Both the position numbers and the translations under genes were made by a program. DNA of 48,953 nucleotides, from contig JBFISJ010000001.1 in the NCBI GenBank assembly GCA_041608595.1, forward strand, positions 1 through 48,953. The letters run 5' to 3'. Source of the stretch: Nitrospiraceae bacterium (GTDB taxonomy: Bacteria; Nitrospirota; Nitrospiria; Nitrospirales; Nitrospiraceae). The notes beneath the pieces were generated by a model. That model worked only from the letters and a program-made list of their open reading frames with translations. It was not told where the DNA came from and searched no databases. Positions 19,802 to 27,302 of this stretch are shown one piece after another (the stretch's first letter is position 1; every line of letters starts with the position of its first letter).

Positions 19802-20653
19802 ATGACGGGCCGGGCGCACCTCATCGGGACCGAGACGGACATCCTCGGGGATGGACCGCCAATCACGGTCCCCGCCTTTGCGGGTGGACGGGGCCCCGTT
19901 CGTCATTTCTTCGGCACCAGGCCGCGCCCTCACGCCGGCGGCGCGGGAACGAGCAACGGAGCCGCGGCCTGCCTCGAGGGCGAGGATCGGCACGTCCGGA
20001 CCGAGGCCGTGTCGCCGCGCAGCCGACGGCCCCTGACGGTCATTTCGGTCAAGCAGGTGCACGGCACGGACGTCCTGGTCCTGGATCGCCCGGTCGCGGA
20101 CGGGGAGGCCTTCCCGGGCGGTTGGGACGCGATCGTCACCGATCAACCGGGTCTGCTCCTCACGGTACGGACGGCTGACTGTGTCCCGCTGCTGCTGTAC
20201 GATCCCGGACGGCGGGTCGTGGCCGCCGTGCATGCCGGCTGGCGGGGCGCGGTGGCCGGCATCGTGCTGAGGGCCATCGAGACGATGCGGGATCGGTTCG
20301 GATGCGAGCCGGCGGCTTTGGAAGTGGGCATCGGTCCCTCGGTCGGCCCGTGCTGTTATGAGGTGGATACTCCCGTGCTGACGCGGCTCCAGGAGCAGTT
20401 CCCGGAGTGGCGTCAGGTGGTTGAGCCGACCAGTCCGGACAGCGCCATGCTGGATTTGCGGGCGTTGGTCCGACGGCAGGCCGAACGCCACGGCGTGCAG
20501 GCGGGGCGGATCAGGGCCGTGCGTGTGTGCACGATGTGCCACCCTGGTTTGTTCTACTCCTATCGGCGTGAGGGGCAGGTAAACGGCACGATGGTGAGCG
20601 GAATAATGCTCTTGGGGGGCGGGCATAGGCGGTCGCGTCGCTCCCCCTCCTAA
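19802..20653 (+). CDS. pgeF: PgeF/YfiH family (DUF152, laccase-domain) peptidoglycan editing factor / purine nucleoside phosphorylase-like protein
   Basis: KQVHGTDV, the TADCVPLLL catalytic Cys region, AAVHAGWRG and GPSVGPCCYEV, directly downstream of ftsZ. Confidence 0.85.
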   Translation: MTGRAHLIGTETDILGDGPPITVPAFAGGRGPVRHFFGTRPRPHAGGAGTSNGAAACLEGEDRHVRTEAVSPRSRRPLTVISVKQVHGTDVLVLDRPVADGEAFPGGWDAIVTDQPGLLLTVRTADCVPLLLYDPGRRVVAAVHAGWRGAVAGIVLRAIETMRDRFGCEPAALEVGIGPSVGPCCYEVDTPVLTRLQEQFPEWRQVVEPTSPDSAMLDLRALVRRQAERHGVQAGRIRAVRVCTMCHPGLFYSYRREGQVNGTMVSGIMLLGGGHRRSRRSPS

Positions 20654-20671
20654 CAGAGATGCCTCCGCCTC

Positions 20672-20700
20672 CTGACATCACCGGCGGCGTCCAGTACAAT
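20672..20700 (+). promoter_or_regulatory. sigma70-type promoter candidate (CTGACA-N17-TACAAT) upstream of yggS
   Basis: CTGACA at 20672-20677, a 17-nt spacer, then TACAAT at 20695-20700, in the 125-bp pgeF-yggS gap. Sequence match only. Confidence 0.4.
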
Positions 20701-20778
20701 GAGGTCATTTCCTGGCAGTGCGGGCCATGGCGTGGGATAATGCCCCGTGGCCCGGCGCGGTAGTGGTCCGGTGGTGCC

Positions 20779-21501
20779 GTGGTGGGCGCAATCGATGAAC
20801 GGCCTGACATTGCCGAGCGACTGCAGCAAGTGCGTGAGGGCATCGCCCGCGCTGCTAAGCGGGTCGGGCGGGACCCTTCGTCGGTCGGATTGCTCGTGGT
20901 GACCAAGGGCGTGTCTGTGGAGCGGGTCGAAGAGGCCGTCGGAGCCGGCGCGCGCCACATCGGGGAAAACCGGCTGCAGGAGGCTTTGCCGAAGATCGCC
21001 GCGCTTAGCACCCGATATGACACCCTTCATTGGCATTTCATCGGCACGCTGCAGCGGCGGAAGATTAAATCGGTGGTCGAGTCTTTCGAGGTCATCCACT
21101 CGGTGGACAGCCATTCCCTGGCGGAGGAGATCGACCGACGCGCGAAATCCCGGGGTATTCCGCAGAGGGTCCTGCTCGAGCTCAACCTGGCACATGAGGC
21201 GAGCAAGGGTGGATTCGATCCGGCTGGGATCAAGGACGTGGTCCCCGCGCTGGACGGCCTACCGTTCCTTAAGGTTGAGGGGTTGATGGCGATCCCGCCC
21301 TACACGGAAGACCCGGAACGAGCGCGGCCCTATTTCCGGCAGCTCCGCGAGCTCGCACAAACGCTCAGAGCAATTCCCTGTCGGCGTGTGGCCCTACAAG
21401 AGTTGTCCATGGGCATGTCGCATGATTATGAGATTGCCGTCGAGGAGGGCGCGACCATGGTCCGCATTGGCCAGGCGATCTTTGGAGCACGGGATGCCTG
21501 A
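20779..21501 (+). CDS. yggS: YggS family pyridoxal-phosphate homeostasis protein
   Basis: LLVVTKGVS (PLP lysine), HIGENRLQEA, HFIGTLQRRKIK and MGMSHDYEIAVEEGATMVRIG. GTG start. Confidence 0.9.
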   Translation: MVGAIDERPDIAERLQQVREGIARAAKRVGRDPSSVGLLVVTKGVSVERVEEAVGAGARHIGENRLQEALPKIAALSTRYDTLHWHFIGTLQRRKIKSVVESFEVIHSVDSHSLAEEIDRRAKSRGIPQRVLLELNLAHEASKGGFDPAGIKDVVPALDGLPFLKVEGLMAIPPYTEDPERARPYFRQLRELAQTLRAIPCRRVALQELSMGMSHDYEIAVEEGATMVRIGQAIFGARDA

Positions 21502-22321
21502 TGTAACGATCGCGAGAAACGTGGCTCTGATCGGGGCGGGGCAGATGGCGGAGGCGCTGATCGGTGGCTTCCTGGAGTCCGGGCTGCTCACCTCGAGCCG
21601 GCTACGTGCCACGGACCCGAGCACCGAACGACGCGATCTGGTTGGTCGCCGGTATGGCATCAGCGTCGGAAGCGACAATCGGGAGGCGGCGGCCTGGGCG
21701 GACGTCGTGATCCTGGCGGTCAAGCCGCAAGCGCTACCCGCCGTCGTCGACGACCTCGCCGCGGCGCTGGCCGGCAAGCTGGTCGTTTCGATCGCCGCGG
21801 GTGTGCCCTTGCGGCAGATTGCGGAGCGTCTGAAGTCCGACGCACGGCTCATCCGGGTCATGCCCAACGCTCCGGCCCTGCTACGGGCGGGCGTTTCCGC
21901 CTTGGCCGTGGGTCCAACCGTCTCGGAGGAGGACGCGCAACTGGCCCGCCGCTTGCTGGAGGCAGTCGGGCGGGTGGTCGTGGTGAGCGAATCCCTGATG
22001 GATGCGGTCACCGGACTGAGCGGCAGCGGCCCGGCCTACGCCTTTCTGATGATCGAGGCGCTGGCCGACGGTGGCGTGAAGATGGGGCTTCCACGCGAAA
22101 CCGCGGTGACGCTGGCGGCTCAGACCCTGGCGGGGGCCGCAAAGATGTGGATCGAAACGGGCGAGCATCCCGGCGATCTCAAGGACCGGGTGGCCTCGCC
22201 GGGGGGCACGACGATCGCGGGCTTGCATGAGCTCGAGAAGGGTGGCTTGCGAGCGGTGCTCATCAAAGCCGTGGAAGCGGCCACCGAAAGGTCCAAGGCT
22301 CTGGGAAGGCCATGTTCGTAG
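21494..22321 (+). CDS. proC: pyrroline-5-carboxylate reductase
   Basis: VALIGAGQMAEALIGG Rossmann N-terminus, VMPNAPAL and SPGGTTIAGL motifs. The ATG at 21494 overlaps the yggS stop. Confidence 0.92.
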   Translation: MPDVTIARNVALIGAGQMAEALIGGFLESGLLTSSRLRATDPSTERRDLVGRRYGISVGSDNREAAAWADVVILAVKPQALPAVVDDLAAALAGKLVVSIAAGVPLRQIAERLKSDARLIRVMPNAPALLRAGVSALAVGPTVSEEDAQLARRLLEAVGRVVVVSESLMDAVTGLSGSGPAYAFLMIEALADGGVKMGLPRETAVTLAAQTLAGAAKMWIETGEHPGDLKDRVASPGGTTIAGLHELEKGGLRAVLIKAVEAATERSKALGRPCS

Positions 22322-22608
22322 CCGGGAATATCTTGCTCGGTCTCGCGACGGTCGCGGACTGGCTGCTGACGATTTACATGTGGATCATCATCATCAGGGC
22401 GCTGATCTCCTGGGTCAACCCGGATCCCTGGAACCCGATCGTTCAGTTTCTCGATCGCGCCACCGAGCCGGCCCTGGCTCCTATTCGACGCTTCATGGGG
22501 TGGCGGATGGGGATCGACCTGTCGCCGTTGATCGCCATCGGCATCATCATATTCATGAGAATTGCGGTCGTGCAGTCACTTCAAGAACTGGCTATTCGCC
22601 TGCATTGA
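22312..22608 (+). CDS. yggT: YggT family small membrane protein
   Basis: 98-aa two-TM protein with IIIRALISWVNPDPWNPIVQFL, typical of YggT/Ycf19. It overlaps the proC stop. Confidence 0.85.
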   Translation: MFVAGNILLGLATVADWLLTIYMWIIIIRALISWVNPDPWNPIVQFLDRATEPALAPIRRFMGWRMGIDLSPLIAIGIIIFMRIAVVQSLQELAIRLH

Positions 22609-22630
22609 TTTACAGCAGAAGGGGCCCACT

Positions 22631-23128
22631 ATGAGAATTACGCCACTTGAGATTCAACAGATGGTGTTCAAGGTTCGTATGCGGGGCTATGACCGGGAAG
22701 ACGTCGATCGGTTCCTCGAGGATCTGGCACAAACGGTCGAGTCGCTCAATCGTGAAAATGCCGACCTTCGAGACAAGCTGGGCACGGTCGAGCGGCAACT
22801 GTCCGAGGTCAAGAAGGCGGAAGCGACCCTGGCAAACACGTTGGTGTCGGCGCAGGCGGTTGGGGAGGACCTGAAACAGTCTGCGCATCGAGACGCGGAG
22901 CTGATCGTCAAAGAGGCCGAGCTGAGGGCCTCGGAGATGGTCCGGGAGGCCAGGGCGGAGCTGGTCAATACCCATCGCGAGCTGACCGACCTTCGAAAGC
23001 AACGGCTGGTGATGGTCGAACGCCTGCGCTCGACGCTGCGGACCTTTGAACGCCTCCTCGAGGTGGAGGAAGAGACTGTCGGCACCGAGCAGACCGACTC
23101 CACCGACCACGCCAAGCGGATCGCCTGA
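22631..23128 (+). CDS. divIVA: DivIVA domain-containing protein
   Basis: N-terminal lipid-binding DivIVA domain (MRITPLEIQQMVFKVRMRGYDREDVDRFLEDL) followed by a coiled-coil. ATG at 22631. Confidence 0.88.
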   Translation: MRITPLEIQQMVFKVRMRGYDREDVDRFLEDLAQTVESLNRENADLRDKLGTVERQLSEVKKAEATLANTLVSAQAVGEDLKQSAHRDAELIVKEAELRASEMVREARAELVNTHRELTDLRKQRLVMVERLRSTLRTFERLLEVEEETVGTEQTDSTDHAKRIA

Positions 23129-23156
23129 CCGCGTCCGCCCGGCGTGGCCCCCCTGC

Positions 23157-23372
23157 CTAGCCCGGGTTTTCCATGACCCTTCTGCTGCAATCGCGAATTC
23201 GCTGCTGCGCCAAGCCTGACCGCGCTTTCCCGGCGGCCAGGCGGGCGGGCTCGCCGCTCAGTCGGTCGACGTACTGCAGGGAATACGCCTCCCTCCTTCG
23301 CGGCTCCGCGCGCCCGGCTCGCAATGCGACTTCGCGATTTCGCAACGAAGGGTCATGAATAACCCGGGCTAG
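23157..23372. repeat. 216-bp element bounded by 25-bp inverted repeats (MITE-like element or rod-shaped structured RNA)
   Basis: CTAGCCCGGGTTTTCCATGACCCTT (23157-23181) versus the reverse complement of AAGGGTCATGAATAACCCGGGCTAG (23348-23372) gives 23/25 matches. Pairing continues inward (AATCGCGAATTCGC / GCGACTTCGCGATT) to about 45 nt per arm. Both ends carry CTAG. Confidence 0.7.
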
Positions 23373-23409
23373 CTTGCGCGGGCGATCCCGTCCGCGCCCC
23401 TCGACCACC

Positions 23410-24540
23410 ATGTCGTCATCCGAGTCCATCGACCGAACGCTGCACCGTGCAGTGGAGCGGCGCGTGTTTCCTGGCGCGGTGCTCATGGCACGGGTTGCGG
23501 GGACCGTGGTGTACGCCGGAGCCGCCGGTCTGGCTGCCACGGTTCCCGGCACCGAGACGGCTTCGCTGACTACTATCTATGATCTGGCCTCGCTGACCAA
23601 GCCTTTGGCGACCGCCGGCGCGGTGCTGTGTCTCGTCCAAGACGGAGCGCTCGACCTGGACACACCGGTCCGTGCAATTCTCCCGGCTCTGGAAGGCCAT
23701 GCCACCGGCGTGGCCACCATCGCTCAGCTATTGAGCCACAGCGCAGGCCTGCCGGCTTGGCTTCCCTATTATAAGTGGGTGGCCGACCGCGACAGACGGG
23801 AACCCGGGTTCCTGGGGAGCCGGGCCGCGCGTGAGGCCGTGGTGGGCTACATAGCCGGTCAGCCTCCGGCGTACCCCGTCGGTGCGGAGAGCCGGTACAG
23901 TGATTTGGGGTTCATGCTGCTGGGACTGGTTGTTGAGGCGCGTGCGGCCAAGCCCTTGGACGACTACTGCCACACGCGCCTCTTCTCACCTATGGGCGCG
24001 TGCCCGATGGCCTTTAGACCGACCACGGGAGGAGTCTCCTCCGATGAGGCGTGGGGAACGAAAGGCGGGGTGATCGCCCCGACCGAGCAGGATTCGTGGC
24101 GCAAGCGTCTGTTGCGCGGCGAGGTGCACGACGAGAATGCCTATGCGATGGGTGGGGTCGCCGGCCATGCGGGGCTCTTCGGTGACGCGGCTGCGGTCCT
24201 GGCCATCTCCCGACACTGGCTGGCGGGCTATATGGGCCGCCAGTCGTCACTCCGCTCGGATTTGGTCCGGCGATTTGTGACGCGGGCTGACGTCCCCGGA
24301 TCGAGCTGGGCGCTCGGATGGGATACCCCGTCGTCCCCCTCCTCCTCCGGGCGACGATTCTCCGACCGGTCCTTCGGGCATCTGGGGTTCACCGGGACGT
24401 CCCTCTGGGTTGATCCCGACTGCGAGCTCGAAGTGGTCCTGCTCTCGAATCGGGTCCACCCGTCGCGAGACAACGACGCCATCAAGGAGTTTCGCCCGCG
24501 TATCCACGACTTGATCTACGAAACCTTTATAGACAAGTAA
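23410..24540 (+). CDS. serine hydrolase, beta-lactamase/transpeptidase-like fold (class C / EstB-like)
   Basis: SxxK nucleophile motif in IYDLASLTKPLAT, then YSDLGFMLLG and a C-terminal HLGFTGTSLWVDP. No N-terminal signal peptide is visible. ATG 23410 is preferred over the track TTG 23374. Confidence 0.85.
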   Translation: MSSSESIDRTLHRAVERRVFPGAVLMARVAGTVVYAGAAGLAATVPGTETASLTTIYDLASLTKPLATAGAVLCLVQDGALDLDTPVRAILPALEGHATGVATIAQLLSHSAGLPAWLPYYKWVADRDRREPGFLGSRAAREAVVGYIAGQPPAYPVGAESRYSDLGFMLLGLVVEARAAKPLDDYCHTRLFSPMGACPMAFRPTTGGVSSDEAWGTKGGVIAPTEQDSWRKRLLRGEVHDENAYAMGGVAGHAGLFGDAAAVLAISRHWLAGYMGRQSSLRSDLVRRFVTRADVPGSSWALGWDTPSSPSSSGRRFSDRSFGHLGFTGTSLWVDPDCELEVVLLSNRVHPSRDNDAIKEFRPRIHDLIYETFIDK

Positions 24541-24623
24541 GGGGATCTCCCGATCGGCGACTGGGAGGTTCAGCGAGGAGGTGGTGGCGTGAATGGCGGG
24601 GGGGGGAACGTCAGGCGACCGGA

Positions 24624-24941
24624 TCAACGGGGATCCGGATACTCGACCCACGTTTCCTTTTCGGCCAGATAGCGACGACCTTTGAAGTTCGGCCTGGTCC
24701 GCAGCCGGCGAAATCCGAGCTCCAGCAGCTTTTCCACCAGGCTTTTGACGGCGGCCGACACTGAGGTGTGAGTCTGCCCTTCCACGCTCAAGGCTTCGTA
24801 GGTGACCCGCGCGAGGTATCCGTCGGAGGTCCGGTTGACCATGATGGCGCGACTGAAGTAGCGGTCGCTCGGGTCGTTGCCTTCGAGCTGGTGCCGCTCG
24901 ACCAGACCCTCTTTTTTCATTGAAAGCGGTAACGTGCTCAT
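24624..24941 (-). CDS. small hypothetical protein (about 105 aa), no family recognised
   Basis: It is the only plausible minus-strand ORF in this stretch, has ordinary globular composition and converges on the hydrolase gene. Start is ATG 24941 (MSTLPLS), or TTG 24965, or ATG 24920. Confidence 0.5.
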   Translation of the reverse strand: MSTLPLSMKKEGLVERHQLEGNDPSDRYFSRAIMVNRTSDGYLARVTYEALSVEGQTHTSVSAAVKSLVEKLLELGFRRLRTRPNFKGRRYLAEKETWVEYPDPR

Positions 24942-25037
24942 GGTGCTCTCGTCTCTCGAAATCAACGCGCCCGCTGAATTATAGTGCGGCGTGAGCGGGA
25001 GTGCAACGTCAGTTGACAGGCGCGAGCACGACTTTTT

Positions 25038-25634
25038 ATGATGCGCAGCCCTTCACGAGAGACCAGCCCACGCACGATGCTCACGGCCCGCGAGTCCATG
25101 AACCTCCCGAACAGTTTGACGGTGGTCCGGATTCTGCTGATCCCGGTCTTCGTCGGCCTGCTCGTATACGGGCAATACGGATATGGGCTCGGGGTGCTCG
25201 TTCTGGCGGGGATCACCGACGGCCTGGACGGCATTGTCGCCCGCCTGGCAAACCAGCGGACGCGACTGGGTGCGATCCTCGATCCCCTAGCGGACAAGCT
25301 GCTCCTCTCCTCCGGCTTCGTGACACTGGCGATCCTGCACCTAATACCCCTGTGGGCGGCGATCATTGTCGTGAGCCGGGACCTGATCCTCATGGCGGGA
25401 ACCCTCCTGGCCCATATCACCGACGCGCGCGTCGAGATCGCGCCCACGCTGCTGGGCAAGTCCACCACGGTCTTCCAGCTCATGTACTTGATCCTGGTGG
25501 TGTTTTTTTCGTGGCGTGGCATCGAGCTTGAGCTGTTGCACCCCCTGCTCTACGCCGCGGTCCTCCTCACCCTCTGCTCCGGGTTCCATTATCTGTACCG
25601 CGGCTTCGGCCACCTGGGCTCCAGTCAGCCCTGA
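25038..25634 (+). CDS. pgsA: CDP-diacylglycerol--glycerol-3-phosphate 3-phosphatidyltransferase (CDP-alcohol phosphatidyltransferase family)
   Basis: Family motif DGLDGIVARLANQRTRLGAILDPLADKL with multiple TM helices. The conserved N-terminus (MNLPNSLTVVRILLIP) begins at ATG 25098. A TTGACA(25013-25018)-N18-TATGAT(25037-25042) match would place the transcription start downstream of ATG 25038, so the true start may be 25077 or 25098. Confidence 0.85.
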   Translation: MMRSPSRETSPRTMLTARESMNLPNSLTVVRILLIPVFVGLLVYGQYGYGLGVLVLAGITDGLDGIVARLANQRTRLGAILDPLADKLLLSSGFVTLAILHLIPLWAAIIVVSRDLILMAGTLLAHITDARVEIAPTLLGKSTTVFQLMYLILVVFFSWRGIELELLHPLLYAAVLLTLCSGFHYLYRGFGHLGSSQP

Positions 25635-25660
25635 GACCCTCTCCAGACCCGCCAGATTCA

Positions 25661-25678
25661 AGAATTATCAATAATTCT
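25661..25678. promoter_or_regulatory. AT-rich perfect palindrome AGAATTAT-CA-ATAATTCT (candidate operator)
   Basis: Two 8-nt perfectly complementary arms separated by 2 nt, lying 24 nt upstream of a -35-like hexamer in the pgsA-pilC gap. The AT-richness is conspicuous in a high-GC genome. Confidence 0.35.
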
Positions 25679-25701
25679 GCATAGATCGGTGATTGCCTCA
25701 T

Positions 25702-25730
25702 TTGACAAAATGGGGGACCTCCCCTAGACT
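25702..25730 (+). promoter_or_regulatory. sigma70-type promoter candidate (TTGACA-N17-TAGACT) upstream of pilC
   Basis: TTGACA at 25702-25707, a 17-nt spacer, then TAGACT at 25725-25730. This would give a leader of about 280 nt before pilC. Confidence 0.4.
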
Positions 25731-26012
25731 TTCTCTAGTCGTTTTCTGTTCCTAAAGCCCGCGATTCGTCTGTCCAGGGAGTCGATGGCGTCATCTCGAA
25801 AGTGACCGAAGCAAGGTGGAAGGGTTCGCCTTCCTGACGGCCGGTCCGCCCGTCGGGTCCCGGTGCCGCTTCCACCGTACGTGCCGTAGAGCCGGCTCGG
25901 CCCCTGTCCCAGTCGTGATCCGGACGTCCCGTGACAGGTTGAACACGGGCGGCGATTCGGCTCTGAGCGCGTGCCGGGCGACGCGGCCGCCTCGTCGGGA
26001 TTAAGGAGGAGT

Positions 26013-27236
26013 ATGGGCACGTTTGCGTACGTCGGGCGCACGAAACAAGGCGCGGTCAGGAAGGGCGAAGTCTCCGCCAGGAGCCGCGAGGATGCGGTTG
26101 AGCGCCTGCGCAAGCAGAACGTCGTCGTCACCAGCATCGAGGAGAAGGGTGGGAGCGGTGAGAGCATCTGGGATATGGAGATCGGTGGCGGCGGCGTCAC
26201 CGACAAAGACATCGTCATCTTCACCCGGCAGTTTGGCACCATGATCAATGCCGGCCTGCCCCTCATTCAGTGCCTGGACATTCTGGGGGGCCAGTCCGAA
26301 AACAAGACCCTTCGCAAAACCCTGACTGATGTCAAGCTCTCGGTGGAGGGCGGCTCGACCTTCGCCGACGCCCTTCGCAAGCACCCGAAGGTCTTTGACG
26401 ACCTGTACGTGAACATGATCCACGCCGGCGAGGTTGGCGGTCTATTGGACACCATCCTGAATCGGCTTTCCAAGCACATCGAAAAGGCCATGAAGCTGAA
26501 GGCCGCGATCAAGTCGGCCATGGTCTACCCCGGCGTAATCTTGGGGGTCTCGCTGGTTGTGATTACGGTCTTGATGATCTGGGTTATTCCCACCTTCGCG
26601 CAGATGTTCATGGACATGTCCGGAGGAAAAGTGGGGCTTCCAACCCCGACCCAGATCGTGATCGATGCCAGCGATTTCGTGCAGGCCTATATCCTTCATA
26701 TGATCATTGGTGGCGGCTTGTTGGGGTTTGGGATCAAGACCTACTATGGGACTGCCGGCGGCCGCCTTCTCATGGACAAGATGTTCTTGAAGACTCCGGT
26801 GGTCGGCGACCTGATCCGGAAGACGGCCGTCGCCCAGTTCACCAGAACCTTGGGCACGCTGATCACCAGCGGCGTGCCGCTGCTGGACGGGTTGAGCATC
26901 TGCGCCAAGACCGCTGGCAACAAGGTCATCGAGAATTCGGTCATGGAAGCGAGGGTCAGCATCAGCGGCGGAAAAACGATCGCAGAGCCTCTGGCCAAAA
27001 GCAACATCTTCCCGAAGATGGTCACTCACATGATCGCGGTCGGTGAGACGACGGGCGCGCTCGACCAGATGCTCGGCAAGATCGCGGACTTTTACGAGGA
27101 CGAGGTTGATGCCCAGGTTGCGACGCTGACCTCGATGCTCGAGCCGATGATGATGGTGTTCTTGGGGGTCGTGATCGGTTTCATCGTGATCGCCATGTAT
27201 CTGCCGATCTTTAAAATGGCGTCCGCCGTCAACTGA
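26013..27236 (+). CDS. pilC: type IV pilus assembly platform protein PilC (GspF/PilC family)
   Basis: Two T2SS-F domain repeats and three TM segments (FTRQFGTMINAGLPL, FTRTLGTLITSGVPLL, EPMMMVFLGVVIGFIVIAMYLPIF). The ATG at 26013 is preceded by AAGGAGGA. Confidence 0.9.
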   Translation: MGTFAYVGRTKQGAVRKGEVSARSREDAVERLRKQNVVVTSIEEKGGSGESIWDMEIGGGGVTDKDIVIFTRQFGTMINAGLPLIQCLDILGGQSENKTLRKTLTDVKLSVEGGSTFADALRKHPKVFDDLYVNMIHAGEVGGLLDTILNRLSKHIEKAMKLKAAIKSAMVYPGVILGVSLVVITVLMIWVIPTFAQMFMDMSGGKVGLPTPTQIVIDASDFVQAYILHMIIGGGLLGFGIKTYYGTAGGRLLMDKMFLKTPVVGDLIRKTAVAQFTRTLGTLITSGVPLLDGLSICAKTAGNKVIENSVMEARVSISGGKTIAEPLAKSNIFPKMVTHMIAVGETTGALDQMLGKIADFYEDEVDAQVATLTSMLEPMMMVFLGVVIGFIVIAMYLPIFKMASAVN

Positions 27237-27302
27237 CGACAACAACAAGGTGGAAAGAACGGGTGAGCGAGTCTGGACGGCACGGTGACACTCGAAGATT
27301 CC

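Noticed and set aside
23157-23552. 131-aa minus-strand ORF spanning the inverted-repeat element and the 5' end of the hydrolase gene.
   Set aside because: Its composition is Arg/Ala/Pro-rich, it overlaps a well-supported + strand gene, and it reads through both arms of a palindrome. It is very likely non-coding.
24598-24606. G9 homopolymer in the convergent gap between the hydrolase gene and the small minus-strand ORF; a possible phase-variation tract or G-quadruplex.
   Set aside because: It lies outside both coding regions and outside any promoter, so length changes would have no obvious consequence. A single G-run is not enough for a quadruplex.
25731-26012. Possible c-di-GMP (GEMM) riboswitch or sigma54 promoter upstream of pilC.
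   Set aside because: I saw no ACGCACAGGGCAAACC-like GEMM core and no TGGCAC-N5-TTGC-like element, here or elsewhere in intergenic DNA. TGGCAC occurrences, for example 4510, 18434 and 43652, lack the -12 TTGC. The structured leader is kept as a generic finding only.
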